Source: Macrostomum lignano
Lineage: Eukaryota
Length of the DNA stretch: 64,000 nt
Direction of reading: 5' to 3'
NCBI GenBank assembly: GCA_002269645.1
Contig: NIVC01000652.1
Location: 310,001 to 374,000, forward strand
Both the position numbers and the translations under genes were made by a program. The notes under the pieces were generated by a model. It was not told the DNA's origin and ran no database searches. It worked only from the letters and a program-made list of their open reading frames with translations. Numbering within the stretch: position 1 is the stretch's first letter; each line of letters opens with the position of its first letter. Positions 62,801-64,000 of this stretch are shown here, piece by piece.

Positions 62801-64000
62801 GCTCGGTCAGCAATGCTTCCTGCCGGGCACTGGGTGCATGCCGAAGAGCCGACAGTTGAGATTGTTCCAGGCTCGCAGTTCGTACACGCGGCCGCGCCTT
62901 TACCGCTCCACGTGCCTGCAGGACACGGTTTAGCGCTTGTCGAGCCAGTCTTGTCGACGAATGATCCCGGTGGACTCGGTGTACACTTGCTAGATCCGGC
63001 GATCGCAAACGTTCCCGCCTTGCACTTGGTCGGCTCGGAGGCGCCGTTGGTACACACGCTTCCAGCAGGACACTTGGTGCATTCCTTGGACCCCTTCTTG
63101 TTGGCGAAGCTACCCGGTGGACACTTAGTGCAGGCGCTTAACCGGCTCGGTCAGCAATGCTTCCTGCCGGGCACTGGGTGCATGCCGAAGAGCCGACAGT
63201 TGAGATTGTTCCAGGCTCGCAGTTCGTACACGCGGCCGCGCCTTTACCGCTCCACGTGCCTGCAGGACACGGTTTAGCGCTTGTCGAGCCAGTCTTGTCG
63301 ACGAATGATCCCGGTGGACTCGGTGTACACTTGCTAGATCCGGCGATCGCAAACGTTCCCGCCTTGCACTTGGTCGGCTCGGAGGCGCCGTTGGTACACA
63401 CGCTTCCAGCAGGACACTTGGTGCATTCCTTGGACCCCTTCTTGTTGGCGAAGCTACCCGGTGGACACTTAGTGCAGGCGCTTAACCCGGCTCGGTCAGC
63501 AATGCTTCCTGCCGGGCACTGGGTGCATGCCGAAGAGCCGACAGTTGAGATTGTTCCAGGCTCGCAGTTCGTACACGCGGCCGCGCCTTTACCGCTCCAC
63601 GTGCCTGCAGGACACGGTTTAGCGCTTGTCGAGCCAGTCTTGTCGACGAATGATCCCGGTGGACTCGGTGTACACTTGCTAGATCCGGCGATCGCAAACG
63701 TTCCCGCCTTGCACTTGGTCGGCTCGGAGGCGCCGTTGGTACACACGCTTCCAGCAGGACACTTGGTGCATTCCTTGGACCCCTTCTTGTTGGCGAAGCT
63801 ACCCGGTGGACACTTAGTGCAGGCGCTTAACCCGGCTCGGTCAGCAATGCTTCCTGCCGGGCACTGGGTGCATGCCGAAGAGCCGACAGTTGAGATTGTT
63901 CCAGGCTCGCAGTTCGTACACGCGGCCGCGCCTTTACCGCTCCACGTGCCTGCAGGACACGGTTTAGCGCTTGTCGAGCCAGTCTTGTCGACGAATGATC
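56875..64000 (-). CDS. Second CxxC-repeat protein with the homologous C-terminal domain; 5' end outside the window; several frameshifts
   Basis: 115-aa repeats, then degenerate CxxC units (57500-58400, many indels), phase-1 intron 57236-57500 (G|GTGAG...TTTAG|AT), last exon 57235-56875 with a 1-nt deficit at ~57072. Confidence 0.72.
58210..64000 (-). repeat. 345-bp near-perfect coding tandem repeat (at least 16 units)
   Basis: The same short ORF recurs at 58655, 59000, 59689, 60034, 60379, 60724...; single-base indels at ~59355, ~61322, ~63140. Confidence 0.97.

Noticed and set aside
58429-63277. Long + strand ORFs (MLPAGHWVHAEEP...) antisense to the 345-bp repeat, and the equivalent - strand ORFs over 744-3186
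   Set aside because: A stop-free antisense frame in one unit propagates through the array; the Cys-periodic strand is the meaningful one.

Overview
Eukaryotic (animal) genomic DNA: GC-rich spliced exons, AT-rich intergenic DNA, and introns packed with micro- and minisatellites. The style suggests a free-living flatworm such as Macrostomum, but that is inference only. Both ends of the window carry paralogous genes for long CxxC-repeat proteins (+ strand 277-3668, with signal peptide; - strand 56875 to beyond 64000). Each ends, after a phase-1 intron at the same position, in a homologous ~120-145 aa C-terminal domain that I could not assign to a named family. Left to right the rest is: a 5-exon orphan gene (-, 4507-5973); nested hAT/foldback MITEs; a recently inserted Penelope-like retroelement with an inverted arm, a 15-bp TSD and three hammerhead ribozyme motifs (11647-17011); a DD34D mariner; six co-oriented housekeeping genes (ZDHHC17, RPP25L, GBE1, MFSD9, DHPS, SNAP29; 22531-51343) that look like a trans-spliced cluster, with MFSD9 lacking a genomic ATG; a Chapaev-like DNA transposon (52297-55265); and a 121-bp satellite. 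Exon structures were derived by hand from GT/AG sites and frame continuity. Frameshifts inside repeats and homopolymers may be assembly errors.
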